Part shown: positions 35,922-49,219 of the stretch, piece by piece
How the letters are laid out: each line of letters begins with the position of its first letter
How positions within the stretch are numbered: position 1 is the first letter of the stretch
Source of the DNA: Heterodontus francisci
Lineage: Eukaryota
Direction of reading: 5' to 3'
Length of the DNA: 64,000 nt
NCBI RefSeq assembly: GCF_036365525.1
Contig: NC_090406.1
Span: 4,434,103 to 4,498,102, forward strand
The notes under the pieces: generated by a model
What the model was told of the DNA's origin: nothing
The model's input: only the letters and a program-made list of their open reading frames with translations
Database searches by the model: none
Position numbers and translations under genes: made by a program

Positions 35922-38889
35922 GTAAGCACTGTTTTATCATGCTGCCCTGTTTGTAAGCTTTGTAGCCATTTAAGGAAGAAAAAAATGGAAACTTGCATTT
36001 CTGTATCACCTTTCATGACTTTGGGACATTCTGAAGTGCTTTACAGCCAATGAAGTACTTTTGAAGTGTAGTCACTGTTGGAATTAGGATATGAGCATAA
36101 GAAATAAGAGCAGGAACAGGCTATTCAGCCCCTCCAGTCTGCTCCATCATTCAATATTGTGGCTGATCTTCCACCTTAATTCCACTTTCCTGCCCTATCC
36201 CATATTCCTCGATTCCCCTAGCATCCAAAAAGTTATCAATCTCAGTCTTGAATATACTCAACGACTGACAGAGCATTCACAGAGCATCTTCTCGGGTGTT
36301 GAGAATTGCAATGATACACAACCCTCTGAGTGAAGAAATTTTTCCTCCTCTTAGTCCGAAATGACTGACCCCTTAATCCTGAGACTATGACCCCACAGTT
36401 CTAGACTCCCTAACCAGAGGAAACAGCCTCTCAGGATCTACCCTATCAAACTTCTAAGAATTTTATATGTTTCAATGAGATCATTTCTAATTCTTCTAAG
36501 AAAATATAGGCTTATTCTACTCAATGTAGGAAAACGTCAGCCAATTTGTGCGCAGCAAGGTCCCACAAATATGATTGGGATAAATGATCTGTTTTAGTGA
36601 TGTTGGTATGAGGGATAAATATTATCCAGGACGTCAAAGAGGACACCCTGCTCTTTGAAATAGCGCAAGTGATTTTTTTTTTATGCCCACCTGAGAGGGC
36701 AGCCGAGGCCTTGGTTTAATATCTCATCTGAAAGACGGCACATCTGATAATGGTGGGCTCCCTGAGTACTGCATTGGGAGTGTCAGCCGGATTTTGGCTG
36801 AAGTCTCTGGGGTGGGATTTGACCCCACAGTCTTCTGACTCTAAGGTAAGAGTGCTACCCACTGAGCCATATTTGATGCTTACCTCATTGCACCCTCCTC
36901 ACTCACAGTTCTGACTTGCCTTTTGAATTAAGCTGTGTCCTTTATTTATTCGGATAGTCCCAGGTTCCATTACTGGTGTGAATTGAGTTAGCTGAAGCAA
37001 GCTGGGTCTGTGCCTGGCAGTATGGTTGGATCAGTGCCGCCATGGAATAGGCAAGGAAGAACCCATCCAAGTACATGTGCTGGTGTTGAGGTGTGCAGTA
37101 TCGTGATTGTGATTCCCTCTGCAGTTCAACAGGCTGCTGACCTTTTCTGTCTAAACTCAGGCATGACCACTGATATGCTGTAGCAGATGATGACAGTGGC
37201 CATGAAACCACACCTCATCAGAAGCCATCACTTTCAGGAGAGGAGGGGAGATCATGATGGGGGAAGGTTGTGGGGATGGGATTTGTAATGATATAATCTA
37301 TCACTTTTTTTTGTGGATGAGTTTAAGACACTAGGCATCTAAACTAAACTGTGATGTGGAGTTCATTACTTGGAAGAAAGTGGAGATGCTTGGTACTGAA
37401 ACAGATGAACAGGGGGTTTGATGTTGTTAATTGAAGCTGCACTTATTGGAACTGGTAATGGGAGCTTTTGATTTCAGCACAGGAGGAAAGATCCTCACAG
37501 AATGGGATCCAGAAATGCACTGTGCTGAAGTACCACACACAGGTTAGGTTTACCAGTAACCATGGTGTAGAGAAAGGGGGAGGACAGGGGTTGCTGCTGT
37601 ACCTGTCCTGTGGAACATCTTCTCATTGGTTACCTCTCGCTTATTCCCATTTACCACTCACTCTTGCGACAGTCATGTGTAAGGAGCCTCAACATGTTTT
37701 CCTCATCCGGTGTACTGATGATAGGAACATGGAAATTGCTGGACATAAAAACACCCAGGTCCATTTAATTCATATTCTACCATCCTGGTAGTCGCATGAT
37801 ACAAAAATAATGGAGTTGTTGCCTAATTCTAGTCATCAGTCTCTATCAATAGTCTAAAACAGAATGCAGACATGAAGCGAGGAAATCCCCGTTGGCAGTA
37901 AGCTTGGGGAACCACCTGTTCCCATAAACCACTAATCCCCTTGCACAGCTTGGATATCTGTGACCAATCCATTTCAAATGTTTGCAACTTTTAAACTTTT
38001 CTGTGGTGTTGGCCTTGTACGTCCCTATTTCTGTAACCTCTAGACCTACAGATCTGGAACTCTGCGTTCCTCCAATTCTGACCTCTTGAGCATTTTCAAT
38101 TTTATTTGCTCTACCATTGGTGTCTCTGTCCTCCTTTTAACACTCTCCTTAAAACCTACCTCTTTGACCAAGCTTTTGATCATCTGTCCTAGTATCTCCT
38201 CTTGTGGCTTTGTGCCAGATATTGCTTGTTAACCATTCCCGTAAAGCATCTTGGAATGTTTTAGTATGTTAAAGGTGCTATATAAATGCAAGTTGTTATT
38301 GTACTGGCTGGTTTGCGAGCCTTACATTAGGAAGGATGTCAAGATGAGGGTGTAGAAGAGCTTCTCCAGACTGGTGCTGGGCGAGATGTTTCGTTATGAG
38401 GAGAAACTAGCGAACAAAGAAGGTAAGGAGATCTGGTGGAGGTGCTCAAAATTGAGTGGTTTTGATAAGGTAACACTGACAAGCTATTTCCACAGGTTGA
38501 TTAATCAGTAAACCAGAGGGCATATAGTTAAGATAGTTGCCAAAACGATATCAGGGACTTGAGGAGAATTATTTTTCTTTTTCTAGCTGGTATATGAGAG
38601 GCCCTACCAGCAGCAGTGATGGAAGCAGAATCCGTAATAGCTTTTAGCACAGGCATGATGGGCCAAAGGGCCTCCTGCTGTGCTATATCATTCTATGAAA
38701 ATATTTGGAAAAGAAAATTTTAAAGGCTGTGGGGAAAGGGCAGAGGACTGTGTGGATAGCTCTTTCAGAGAATGGGCATTAACACATTGAGCTAAATGAC
38801 CTCCTTCCATCTATGTTGTTAAACTCTGTGAATCTCAGCATGCTGTTCTCCAGTACAGAAGCACCTGACACTTCTCTTCCTCTTCGTAG

Positions 38890-39206
38890 GTTTCTCTATG
38901 ACCAGAATAGCGATGGGTATCGATACTACAGGGACACAGTTGAAGTCTTCTGTAAAGTCAAGAACATCGCACAGAAGGCCGTCCAAGCCAGCTTGTCAGC
39001 GATGTCCTCTCCCGCCACGCAGAAACGGAAGAGTTCTCCTGAGCCCGTTTCTAGCGACTCGCCCTCAGAGCCTGCGTTAACACCAGCATCTTCATCTTCC
39101 TCTTCCCTTAAAAAGAAAAAGAAGAGCCGGTGGGGCCCAGAGGATGACAAGATTGAACTTCCTCCTCCTGAATTGGCTTATTCAATGCAAATGCCCTGCT
39201 TAACAA
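38890..39206 (+). CDS. SUGP1: SUGP1 exon 8 (SURP2 C-half and ULM KKKKKSRWG)
   Basis: cctcttcgtag| acceptor, A|gtaagt donor; matches human KRKRKSRWGPEEDKVELPP. Confidence 0.92.
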
Positions 39207-40741
39207 GTAAGTTCTGTGAATATGGAAATTATCTCGCCGCTCCCATGGCACAGGAAGTCGGGGTAACAACAGGAGTTAGGTGGAACTTGGAGTCATAGAG
39301 TAAGTTGTCAACGAGGGCAGACATTATAAATGGGTACAGGGAGGAAGTGGATGTGTTCCTGGTGGGAGAAGTTGGGTTTGAAGAATTTGGGGAGAAGATG
39401 GGTAGGTGGAGTCGATATGTGAGGAAAGGGATGGGTTTGTTGGGCCAAATGGCCTTTTCCTATTGTTAAAAATTCTTACTGGTGGTTGTGGTATTTTGAG
39501 GTTCAACCCCTATCCACACTGATGCTATGGTACAAAAGGAACATGGCCTCCTGTGCAGAATGGTAGATATCCTCTGAATGCAGGAATTTCATCCTTTTTT
39601 CAAGCTATGGTTGTTGGAGCCTGAACAGGTTCATCCCACATCCTGCTACCGCACCCCCCCCCCCCCCCCCCAACTACCCCGTCCCAATTGTTTTTTTTTT
39701 ATTCATTTGTGGGATGTGGGCATCACTGGCTAGGCCAGCATTTATTGCCCATCCCTAATTGCCCTTGAACTGAGTGGTTTGCTAGGCCATTTCTGAGGGC
39801 ATTTTTAAGAGTCTGGTTGCTGTGGGTCTGGAGTCGCATGTAGGTCAGACTAGGTAAGGACGGCAGATTTCCTACCCTAGTAGTGAACTGATGGGTTTTT
39901 ACAACAATCAACAATGGTTTCATGGTCACCACTAGACTTAACTTTTTTAATTCCAGATTTATTAATTGAATTCAAGTTTCACCATCCGCCCTGGTGGGAT
40001 TTGAATCCATGTCCCCCAAGCATTAGCTTGGGCTCTGGATTACTAGTCTAGCGACATTACCACTACGCCACCACCTCCCCTCGATTTATACCAGGTACGC
40101 TTTCTTGCATTCTGTGTTAGTGGCATATCACTGTATGATTGATGGTTAGCCTGTCACTTTAGGCAGAGGCCATGGTTTCACACAGGGATCATAGTCAGCA
40201 ATACTGCGAGACTGAGCACCACTGGGAGTTGGACCTGGCCCCAATAATTTATATATCATCTTTAATGTAATAAAACATCCCAAGTTGCTTGCAATGCCCC
40301 ACACAGTGACTGTCGATTGCAAATTCCCAGGTTCATGCTCGTCATTTCCCACGCAGCAAAGAAATATGGGACCAAAGATACCAGAAACCTCTGGATTAGT
40401 ACTCGAAAGGGAGATATTTGCAGAGCTGTGGGCAAAGAGCAGGGACAATGAGACTAATCCTTCAAAGAGCCGGCACAGACACAAAGGGCTGAATGGCTTC
40501 CTTCTGTGCTGTCTGATTCTGTGACCCTTTCACTCGCTGTGTGGAAACCGGATCGCCCTGCTCCTGAGCTACATTTCCCTAGCCTTCCTTTTCTGGTGGG
40601 AGAGGGCAGCAGTGGTGAATCCCAGCCTGGGCAATATGCTGTATGAATGCAGGCCCAGAGTCATGTGGAGCCAATGAAGGGGTGCACAGGCTCCCGGGAT
40701 CTTAATACAAATGCCACTGTATTAATCATGCTAAAGTTATG

Positions 40742-40743
<2 letters not shown>

Positions 40744-40775
<32 letters not shown>
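40744..40775 (+). repeat. (TG)16 microsatellite at the exon 9 acceptor
   Basis: Read directly; ends 7 nt before the exon. Confidence 0.95.
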
Positions 40776-40776
<1 letters not shown>

Positions 40777-40782
40777 TTGCAG

Positions 40783-40889
40783 CTCAGGAGTTAAAGGGGC
40801 TCGGCTATCAGAAAGGCAAGCCGGTCGGATTGGTGGGAGTCACCGAGCTCAGTGACGCACAGAAGAAACAGTTGAAGGAACAGCAAGAG
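40783..40889 (+). CDS. SUGP1: SUGP1 exon 9 ([33 protein letters not shown])
   Basis: attgcag| acceptor, GAG|gtaaac donor. Confidence 0.92.
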
Positions 40890-41227
40890 GTAAACCCCAG
40901 CAAGATGATCATTAATGGCAGGGTGTGGCCGGGGGAGTGCAACCCTGCAGTGTTGCAGGACACTGGCATTTCTGCAGCAGCAGGGGTGGGAGGCTGCATA
41001 TTTCTGGGCACTATTACTCTGTCCTGCAGCATTGTCAGCAGAAGGCAGTCACCTTTGGTTAAATACTCCTGTGTACCAGGATGCTGAATCTCATCACTTT
41101 ACTCACTCCTGCCTCATTAATGCTTTAAAGAACTGTAGTCTCCTTTTAAAATGTGCCTGTTTCATAGCAAACTTTCCAAAGCTGACCCAAAAGTGAAGCT
41201 TTTATTAATTCATTCACAGGATGAATA

Positions 41228-41570
41228 GGGCGGCACAGTGGCCCAGTGGTTAGCACCGCAGCCTCACAGCTCCAGGGACCCAGGTTCAGTTCTGGGTACT
41301 GCCTGTGTGGAGTTTGCAAGTTCTCCCTGTGTCTGCGTGGGTTTCCTCCGGGTGCTCCGGTTTCCTCCCACCGCCAAAAGACTTGCAGGTGATAGGTAAA
41401 TTGGCTGTTATAAATTGCCCCTAGTGTAGGTAGTTGGTAGGGCTTATGGGGTTACTGTAGGGTTAGTATAAAAATGGGTGGTTGTTGGTCGGCACAGACT
41501 CGGTGGGCCGAAGGGCCTGTTTCAGTGCTGTATCTCTAAATAAATAAAAAAATTTAAAAAAAAAATAAAA
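41228..41570 (+). mobile_element. Full-length tRNA-derived SINE with A-rich tail
   Basis: A-box-like TGGCCCAGTGG, B-box-like GGTTCAGTTC, poly-A end; inserted into a LINE tail. Confidence 0.85.
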
Positions 41571-42523
41571 ATGAGGGCGTCACTGGCGGGCCAGCATTTA
41601 TTGTCCATCCCTAATTGTCCTTGAAATGCTACCAATTTAAGAGTAGAGAAACTGCACTGGAGGTTGTGGGGTGCATTGCTTAGAGAGGGCGAAGGGTGTG
41701 CAGTTGTATTTCCACAGAGAGAAAGACAATCACCGGGCTAGCACACTTGGGAGAAATACAAGATACAGATATTGGGTAGTGATAATTAGCTAGAGAGAGG
41801 AAACAGATATTGAGAGATACTGGGGAAGAGCAGACAGGGAGAGAGAGAAAAACACAGATACCAGGCAATAATAGTTAGAGAGAGAGAGCGAGAGAGAGGA
41901 ACCAGGCATAGATGCAGAGGGGAACAACAGATACTGGGTCTGGCACATACACAGAGAGAGAGAGAGTGACATTAGGCAGTGATAGCTACAGGGAGGAGAA
42001 CCAAGCAGCACTATTTGCAGAGGGGCAGAAACCAGGCAGGATCACTTACAAAGAGAGACTGAGGGACTGTGTAGCAGTATCACCAGAATAAGGAAGCTGC
42101 CCAGTAGAGTTTAGAGAGAGCTGGAGAGGGATTAGGTAGGGCTATTTACAGAGAGAGCAAGTGGGAGCTGTACAGGGGCATTAACAGAGAGGAACCAAAC
42201 AGGAACACATAGAGGTTACCATTTAAGTAGAGGAATATTGGGCAGGTTGTACAAGAGCATTTATGGATGTCGATGAGGCAGTGCATATACAGAGGGAGGG
42301 GCTGGTGATGGTGTTGTAGAGGAAGCAAGCGGCTGGATAGAAATGTTTCTAGAGTGCTGGGGTATGTATTGGAGGATATAAGACTGAGTTGAAGCATCCC
42401 AGAGAGGCAGTGAGATGGGGGAAGGGAAGGGGGTTGTGGGGGCTGTAGGGAAGGGGCAAGGGAGCTGAAGCAATCTCTGGGCATTTGGCAGGATGACTGA
42501 AGTGACTTCTGGGTGGTTTGCAG

Positions 42524-42701
42524 ATGCAGCAAATGTACAATATGATCATGAAGCACAAGCAAGCCATGCAGGAGATGCAGATGATGTGGGAGAAAGCCAT
42601 TCAGGATCACAGGCATGAGTACGACAGCGACGAGGAGATCGACGGTGATGCTGGCACCTGGGAACATCGCCTGCGGCACATGGAGATGGAGAAGACCAGA
42701 G
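42524..42701 (+). CDS. SUGP1: SUGP1 exon 10 ([12 protein letters not shown]...YDSDEE...[16 protein letters not shown])
   Basis: tttgcag| acceptor, G|gtaaac donor. Confidence 0.93.
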
Positions 42702-43543
42702 GTAAACACTGAGTCGTGGCAATCTGCAGCGTTCAAAGGTAAACGTGGAGTCTCAGCAGTCTGTAGAGGTCAGAGGTAAATGCAGGGTCGTGGCAGTCTG
42801 CAGTAGTTCAGGTGTAAGTGGATCATAAAGGGTTTAATCAGCAGGGCTGGACCATCGCGGGTGATGTCAAGATTTGCTGGTGATCTGAGCTTATGCGAAA
42901 GATGGCACTTCAAACTTCATTGGCTGTGAAGTGCTTTGGGAGGTCATCAGATTGTGAATGCAAGTTTTTTTTTCTTCCTTTCAACTAAGCTGTAATTGCC
43001 TTCAAGGACCCTGACAGTATCATTGGGGGAAACGGTTAAACACTGTATTGGGGCTGAATTCTTTCTTGTTTGAGAATCCCTGCGCATGTTCTGTTTTGTC
43101 TTAAGGGGCTTGACAAGGTAGATTCTGAGAGGCTGTTTCCCCTGGCTGGTGTCTAGTACTAGGGGTCACTTTCTCATAATGGGGGTTGACCACTTAGGAC
43201 TGAAATGAGAAATTCCTTCACTACAAGGTTGTGAATCTTTGGAATTCTCTACCCCAGACAGCTGTGGATGCTCAGTGGTTGAATATATTCAAGAAAGAGA
43301 TCGATAGATTTTTGGATACTATCAAGGGATATGGGGATAGTACGGGAAAGTAGAGTTGAGGTAGAAGGTCAGCCATGATTTTATTGAATAGCGGAGCAAG
43401 CTCGAGGGGCCGAAAAGCCAACTCCTGTTTCTGTTTCTTAATGACTTATGTTATGTCCCGGTCACTGGGAAGAGCACAGCATTAATAGTAGTTCACACAG
43501 CTAGTTGCCTATATTCCATCATATTTGTGCTGTTCTTTGGTAG

Positions 43544-43650
43544 AGTGGGCAGAACAACTGACCGAAATGGGTCGAGGGAAACACTTCATCGGAGATTTCC
43601 TACCCCCTGATGAACTGGACAAATTCATGGAGACATTCAAAGCTCTAAAG
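43544..43650 (+). CDS. SUGP1: SUGP1 exon 11 ([36 protein letters not shown]), GC donor
   Basis: ctttggtag| acceptor; AAG|gcaagt donor required for the ALK|EGREPDY junction. Confidence 0.92.
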
Positions 43651-43729
43651 GCAAGTTAGCTTATTGAGAAATAATTCTTAAAGTGGATTTTGGCTATTGC
43701 TACTGTTAGTAACTCTTCTGTATCTTTAT

Positions 43730-44226
43730 CAGGGCAAGTACTGCACAGGATAGATACAGAATAAACCTCCCACCTCCCTTTACACTGCCCCATCAAACAG
43801 TCCCAGGACAGGTACAGTATGGGTTAGGTACAGAGCAAAGCTCCCTCTACACTGTCTCCATCAAACACTCCCAGGGCAGATACAGTTTGTTAGGTACAGA
43901 GCAAAGCTCCCTTTACACTGTCCCCATCAAACAGTCCCAGGACAGGTACAGCACGGGATAGATACAAAGCAAAGCTCCCTCTACACTGTCCCCATCAAAC
44001 ACTACCAGGACAGGTACAGCACGGGGGTTAGATACAGAGTAAAGCTCCCTCTACACTGTCCCCATCAAACACTCCCAGGACAGGTACAGCACGGGGGTTA
44101 GATACAGAGAAAAAAAAAACGGGATAGATACAGAGCAAAGCTCCCTTTACACTGTCCCATCAAACACTCCCAGGACAGGTACAGTATGGGCTAGGTACAG
44201 AGCAAAGCTCCCTCTACACTGTCCCA
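43730..44226. repeat. Second array of the same 68-bp minisatellite family
   Basis: About 7 units, same orientation. Confidence 0.9.
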
Positions 44227-45387
44227 ACAAGTCTGCTTCAGGTCGAATCCCAAAGAGTTCCTCCACTGCATTGGATGTGACATTTTCTTGACCACATCAG
44301 CCCTCTTGGTGTTCTGACAGTGAGATTTAGGTCCAAATTAGGAGCTTTGTGTGCTGTAGACTTATATCCACCAGGAACTGGGTTGCGACTTGCCCAACTC
44401 ATTTCATGCTGCACTGTTACAAACAGTAGACAGAGGAGACGATCATTGCTATATTTTCCCAATTCCATCTTGATTCATTCAAGCTACCCTTAATCGGGGA
44501 GCCAGGCTTTTATCTCGATCAAATATGTTGGTATGGACTGGATTCTTGCGTGTAGTTATAAGAGCGAGTTTTGTGAGGTCCCGCACAGCCAGCAGTGCCT
44601 TTATTGTTGCTCGTGCATGCCAGAAAATCATGGGCTTCACACCTATGATAATTTGTGTAAGATACCACTGGCATATGTGTCATCACAAAATTTACAACAG
44701 GAGCAATTTGCATTTATATAGCGTCTTTAATGTAGTAAAAACATCCCCAGGTATTTCACAGGAGTGTAATCAGACAACAATTGACACTGAGGCACATAAG
44801 GAGATATTAGAACAGGTGACCAAAAGCTTGGTCCAAAGGTTTTGGTGTTGACGAGCATCTTGGGGGAGAAGAGAGAGTTGGGAGGTTTACAGAGGGAATT
44901 CCAGTGTTTTGTGACTAGATAGGTAATGATTGGCTGCCAATCAATGTTCCTTCTAAGCTGCGCAGCTGTGTTACAACCCAAAAGTTCCCGCACAGGCTGC
45001 ACACAAGTTGGCCCCTTTTAAGTTACTGCATGTGTGCAGCTATATACAAAAAAAATGTAAATGGCCCAGGCACGTAAACGAATCAGCTGGCCACTACAAA
45101 ATAAAATTAAAGGGTGCGAATGTTGCTGCAAATTGTGGATTAATGAAAATAATTTGATGCACAAGAGGCCAGAATTGGCGAAGTGCAGAGATCGCGGAGG
45201 GTTGTAAGGCTGGAGGAGTCTAGGCCATTTTGAACCCCAAGGATAAGAATTTTAAAAGTGAGGTGTTGCTGGACCGGGAACTGATGTAGTTTAGCGGGTG
45301 CAGAGGTGAGGTGCATGTACGCACACTTACCCTCTTATCATTTTGTGTGTGTGACTGCTTCAATGCTGTCTTGTCTGTCCCCCACAG

Positions 45388-45533
45388 GAAGGCAGAGAGC
45401 CCGATTACTCTGACTACAAGGATTTCAAAATTACTGTGGAGAACATTGGTTACCAGATGCTGATGAAAATGGGCTGGAAAGAGGGCGATGGATTGGGCTC
45501 GGAGGGACAAGGCATCAAAGCTCCTGTCCCGAG
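45388..45533 (+). CDS. SUGP1: SUGP1 exon 12 (G-patch: [30 protein letters not shown])
   Basis: ccccacag| acceptor, AG|gtatgg donor; canonical G-patch. Confidence 0.95.
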
Positions 45534-47184
45534 GTATGGAACGAGTGGTGGGCCACCGAGGCTCTGATCTATAAATTAAACCCATATTGTGTTGCCTAAG
45601 CTGGGAGAAAGGGAAGCTTTACAATGCATTCACACCCATTCTCTGAAGAGCATTCCTTGTAAGTGTGTTAGAAGTGCCAGTGGTCTAAGTTTTTAAAGAG
45701 AGGAAAGCAGGTAGTTATTTTGCCTGCCTGCAAAGTGGCTAATTTGTACTGGGGTACTGGTTCTGCAGTTGCTGGAAGCCCCTCCTGTATCTTGTTCAAG
45801 ATGCCAATCTTGGTATGTGACAACTTGGATAAGTATCAGTTGGCAGTTTGAAAGTGAGAGCATCACAGCCGACCCCAATCCTGCCCCCACAACTGTCCCA
45901 ACGCCCAGAATGCCCACATGTTGATAATTTTTCAGCAGGGGAGTTAAATGAGTGATTAGCAATCAAACTAATCAAGGTTGGTTTCTATTCCTTGGGTAGC
46001 AGCTGCTGCTGCTTGTGTTTTAATAATTTTGAAATTTATCCCCGAGTCCAAGAATATTTGTCTCAGTTTTATTCCAGGGCTTAAGAGCATATAAAAAAAA
46101 TGCAGGTTCAGCACGTGTAGGACCACAAGGCAGGATTCCTCCAGCTGCACCTTTTGAACGATAGCTCATGCTCAGATAACCCTTGAACATGTGGGTTGTG
46201 ATTTTCCATTTTTGCATTCACCTGCTCCACTATTTTCTATTTTTAAATTGAATGGATGTAAAATCCCAGGCTGATGAATGCTTCAGTGGGAAACCCCAGC
46301 TGTGGTGTCTAAAGGCTGGTCGAATGCCTTCCACAAGTGGTAGAAACCATGTTGAATTTCTGTATGGTTTTCCCTTACCCTACCATTTTAACTTATTTTT
46401 GTTATTTTAGTTTTGTAAATATAATTTTTTGTGTCAGCCATTCTTTTCTCATTGGGTCTTGAACCTTTCTAAGTGCAGGCCCTTAATGTTCCCCCATAGA
46501 GTTAGGCTTTGCTCCAATTTTTAATTGGGGCGCAGGTGTGGTGTTGGGCAGAGCTGGCCTGAGGAAGCTGCTCAGTTGGCCGTGCCAGCATAGCAGACCG
46601 TTCAATTCTCCATTCTCGTTTTACTTTTCCAAATTGGACACCCATCTGAAGCTAGTGGGAATGATGCAGTGGCCCACAGATTGGAGCGAGAAATTGCATA
46701 GCAACAGGCCACTGCTTGAGTTATGTTACATTTTCAACACCATAAAGGTTATTCCTTGCGGTGTCTGGCAGGGGGAATCTCCTACACTTGCCAGTCCTCT
46801 GGGTCCCTGTGCTTATTGAATCACAATCTAATTCCAGATTGGAACATTTGTGTAAAGAGGAAAAATTCTCCTTATCGCTCCTCTTATTCTTTTGCCAATT
46901 ATCTTGAATCTGTGCCCTCTGGTTACCAACGCCACTGCCCCCCCCCCCCCCCCCCCCCCACCCCCCCAATCACTGGAAACAGTTTCTCCATATTTACTCT
47001 TGTCAAAACCCCAACAATTTTAATATTAAAGCTCCCTTTCACTGTGTCTGCTCTAAGGCAATCAATTCCAGCTTCTCTAGCCTCTCCACATAACTGAAGT
47101 ACCTCATCACTTATACCAGGGAGAAAGATATTGAAGCACTATCTAGATACAAGTCTTTTGGTGATTGTTTTTTCACCTGCGCAG

Positions 47185-47314
47185 AGGCACCACGGCAGTG
47201 GATGGAGCTGGATTTGGTGTCGATCGCCCAGCAGAGCTGAGTAAGGATGATGATGAATATGAGGCATTCCGCAAGCGGATGATGCTGGCTTACAGATTCA
47301 GGCCCAACCCGCTG
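47185..47314 (+). CDS. SUGP1: SUGP1 exon 13 ([37 protein letters not shown])
   Basis: cctgcgcag| acceptor, CTG|gtaggt donor. Confidence 0.95.
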
Positions 47315-48488
47315 GTAGGTGATCACACACATGAGGAGCAGGGAAAGAGCGAAGGGCTGTGGCCACGCTCATTGTTGGGCACTCTGTATGCGACACTCCA
47401 ACTTTATGGAACTTATTCAGATTATCTGAGAACCTCCTCCATAAAGACCTTGAACTCTGGATTTCGTATCTTAAATTTGAAACTAAAAAGTGCTGCATTT
47501 CTGTTGGAGGACAGAACTGGCTCGAGAGGCTGAATGGCCTGCACCTGTTCCCGTGTCCTAATCGGATGGGACATATGGCGTGCTGTATTTGAGGAGAGAC
47601 AGTGACGTAGTGATAACGTCACTGAAATAGTAATCCAGAGGCCCAGGCTAATGCCCTGGGGTCACGGGTTCAAATCCCACCACGGCAGCTGGTGGGATTT
47701 AAAATCAGTTAATAAAATCTGGAATTGAAAGCTAGTGTCAGTAATGATGCTGTGAACTATCATCAATTGTTGTAAAAACGCATCTGATTCACTCATGTCC
47801 TTTAGGGAAGGAAATCTGCCCTACATTTGAATCCAGACCCACAGCATTGTCGTTGACTCTTAACTGACTGAAATGGCTTAGCAAGCCATTCAGTTGTGAA
47901 GAGCAATTAGGGATGTGCAACAAATCCTGGCCTTGTTAGCGACGCCCACATCCCATGAAAAGAATAGAAAAAAAAATTATTCTGTGATTCTTTGTGTGAC
48001 TAGGAGATGATGGTGTTCGCACTGCATTGTTGCCCTTTTCCATCTCGGTGGGAGAGTGACAGGGGAAGCAGTGCTGTTGAACTGTGGTGAGTTGCTGCAG
48101 TGAGTCACATAGTTCACAGTGTAGCCATGGTGCATGGGTGATGGAGGAGGTAGATATTGAGTCCAGAGGCAGTGGTGCCAATCGAGTGGAATGCTCTGTC
48201 TTGTCCTGCCCTGTTAACAGCGACTGCACTTGTCCAGGTGAGTGAGTATCCCATCCCATGCTGCCTTGAGCATTTTCCAGATTATTTTTTCCCCTTTATT
48301 GTCCCTGGGTTTCCCCTCCTTTTTTGCCTCTTCCAAGAGATTATTTGACTGAGGTGGCGGAGTTGGGTTAGGCCGTGTCCAGTCATGCTGCAGGCATCCT
48401 AGTGTGTGGACCAGGCTTGCTGGACCATATGGTCTTTTCCTGCCTGTCATCTCTGAATGGAGTAACATTGGACTTTGCTTTGTTTCAG

Positions 48489-48515
48489 AATAACCCGAGG
48501 AGGCCTTATTACTGA
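48489..48515 (+). CDS. SUGP1: SUGP1 last coding exon (NNPRRPYY*)
   Basis: tgtttcag|AATAACCCGAGGAGGCCTTATTACTGA; same C-terminus as human; summed CDS is 1962 nt = 653 aa + stop. Confidence 0.95.
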   Translation, partial: NNPRRPYY

Positions 48516-49213
48516 ATCCCACACTTGCACACAGAGCTGCAAAGAGACTTTACCATTCAATCTTTGGCTGTGATGTTTAGTTTGGTTCTTCGATGGTGCA
48601 GCGATCAGATGACTGTGCTTGAAAGGGATGAACTCAAGGATTGGATTTCCCTGATAAACAGTGCTGGAATTTTCTGTACTGCTGCTATTGGGCCACATTC
48701 CTTCCAATTCCCTTTCTGGACTCTAAAAGCACCCCTTTCCCTTGCCACACAGGAATGAGGACAGTGCAAAGAAAAGGAAGTCCCAAAATGATGAGTTTTT
48801 TGAATGCTTTGTTCTGTTCCTAATTGATGGAAATCGTGCTGAATCTCACAGTAAGAGCTGGAAGTGTTAGAACGATGAGAGTCCTGGTACAGTGAGGATG
48901 CAGTCCAGTCCCCTCTTCCCCACCTACCCACTCTGTGGAGATTCGGGTGCAAGAGGAGACTGCAGTGCGTTTCACTCTGCTCTCATGTATCTTAGCCCAG
49001 TGGATGAGGAAGGAATTCTTCGCCGTCCCTGTGTAGCTGCTTTAAACAGTCAGAGAGAACCTTGAAGTGTTACTGAGGCCCCAACATCTGGCAGGTGAAA
49101 TCTCAACCATTTTGGACATCTCTGATAGTTGCTCAGTAACTTTTTAATCTCTCATTGAAGGTCATTCAAACATTTTCTTGCAAAATGTAGGAACTGCTGC
49201 ATGTTTGTGCTTA

Positions 49214-49219
49214 AATAAA
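49214..49219 (+). terminator. Probable SUGP1 polyadenylation signal AATAAA
   Basis: ~700 nt after the stop codon, followed by a GT/T-rich downstream element. Confidence 0.6.

Noticed and set aside
41228-41300. tRNA-like sequence
   Set aside because: Head of a tRNA-derived SINE with body and poly-A tail
41690-42480. Purine-rich degenerate stretch with minus-strand ORFs
   Set aside because: Low-complexity AG-rich intron sequence with no recognisable protein or splice structure
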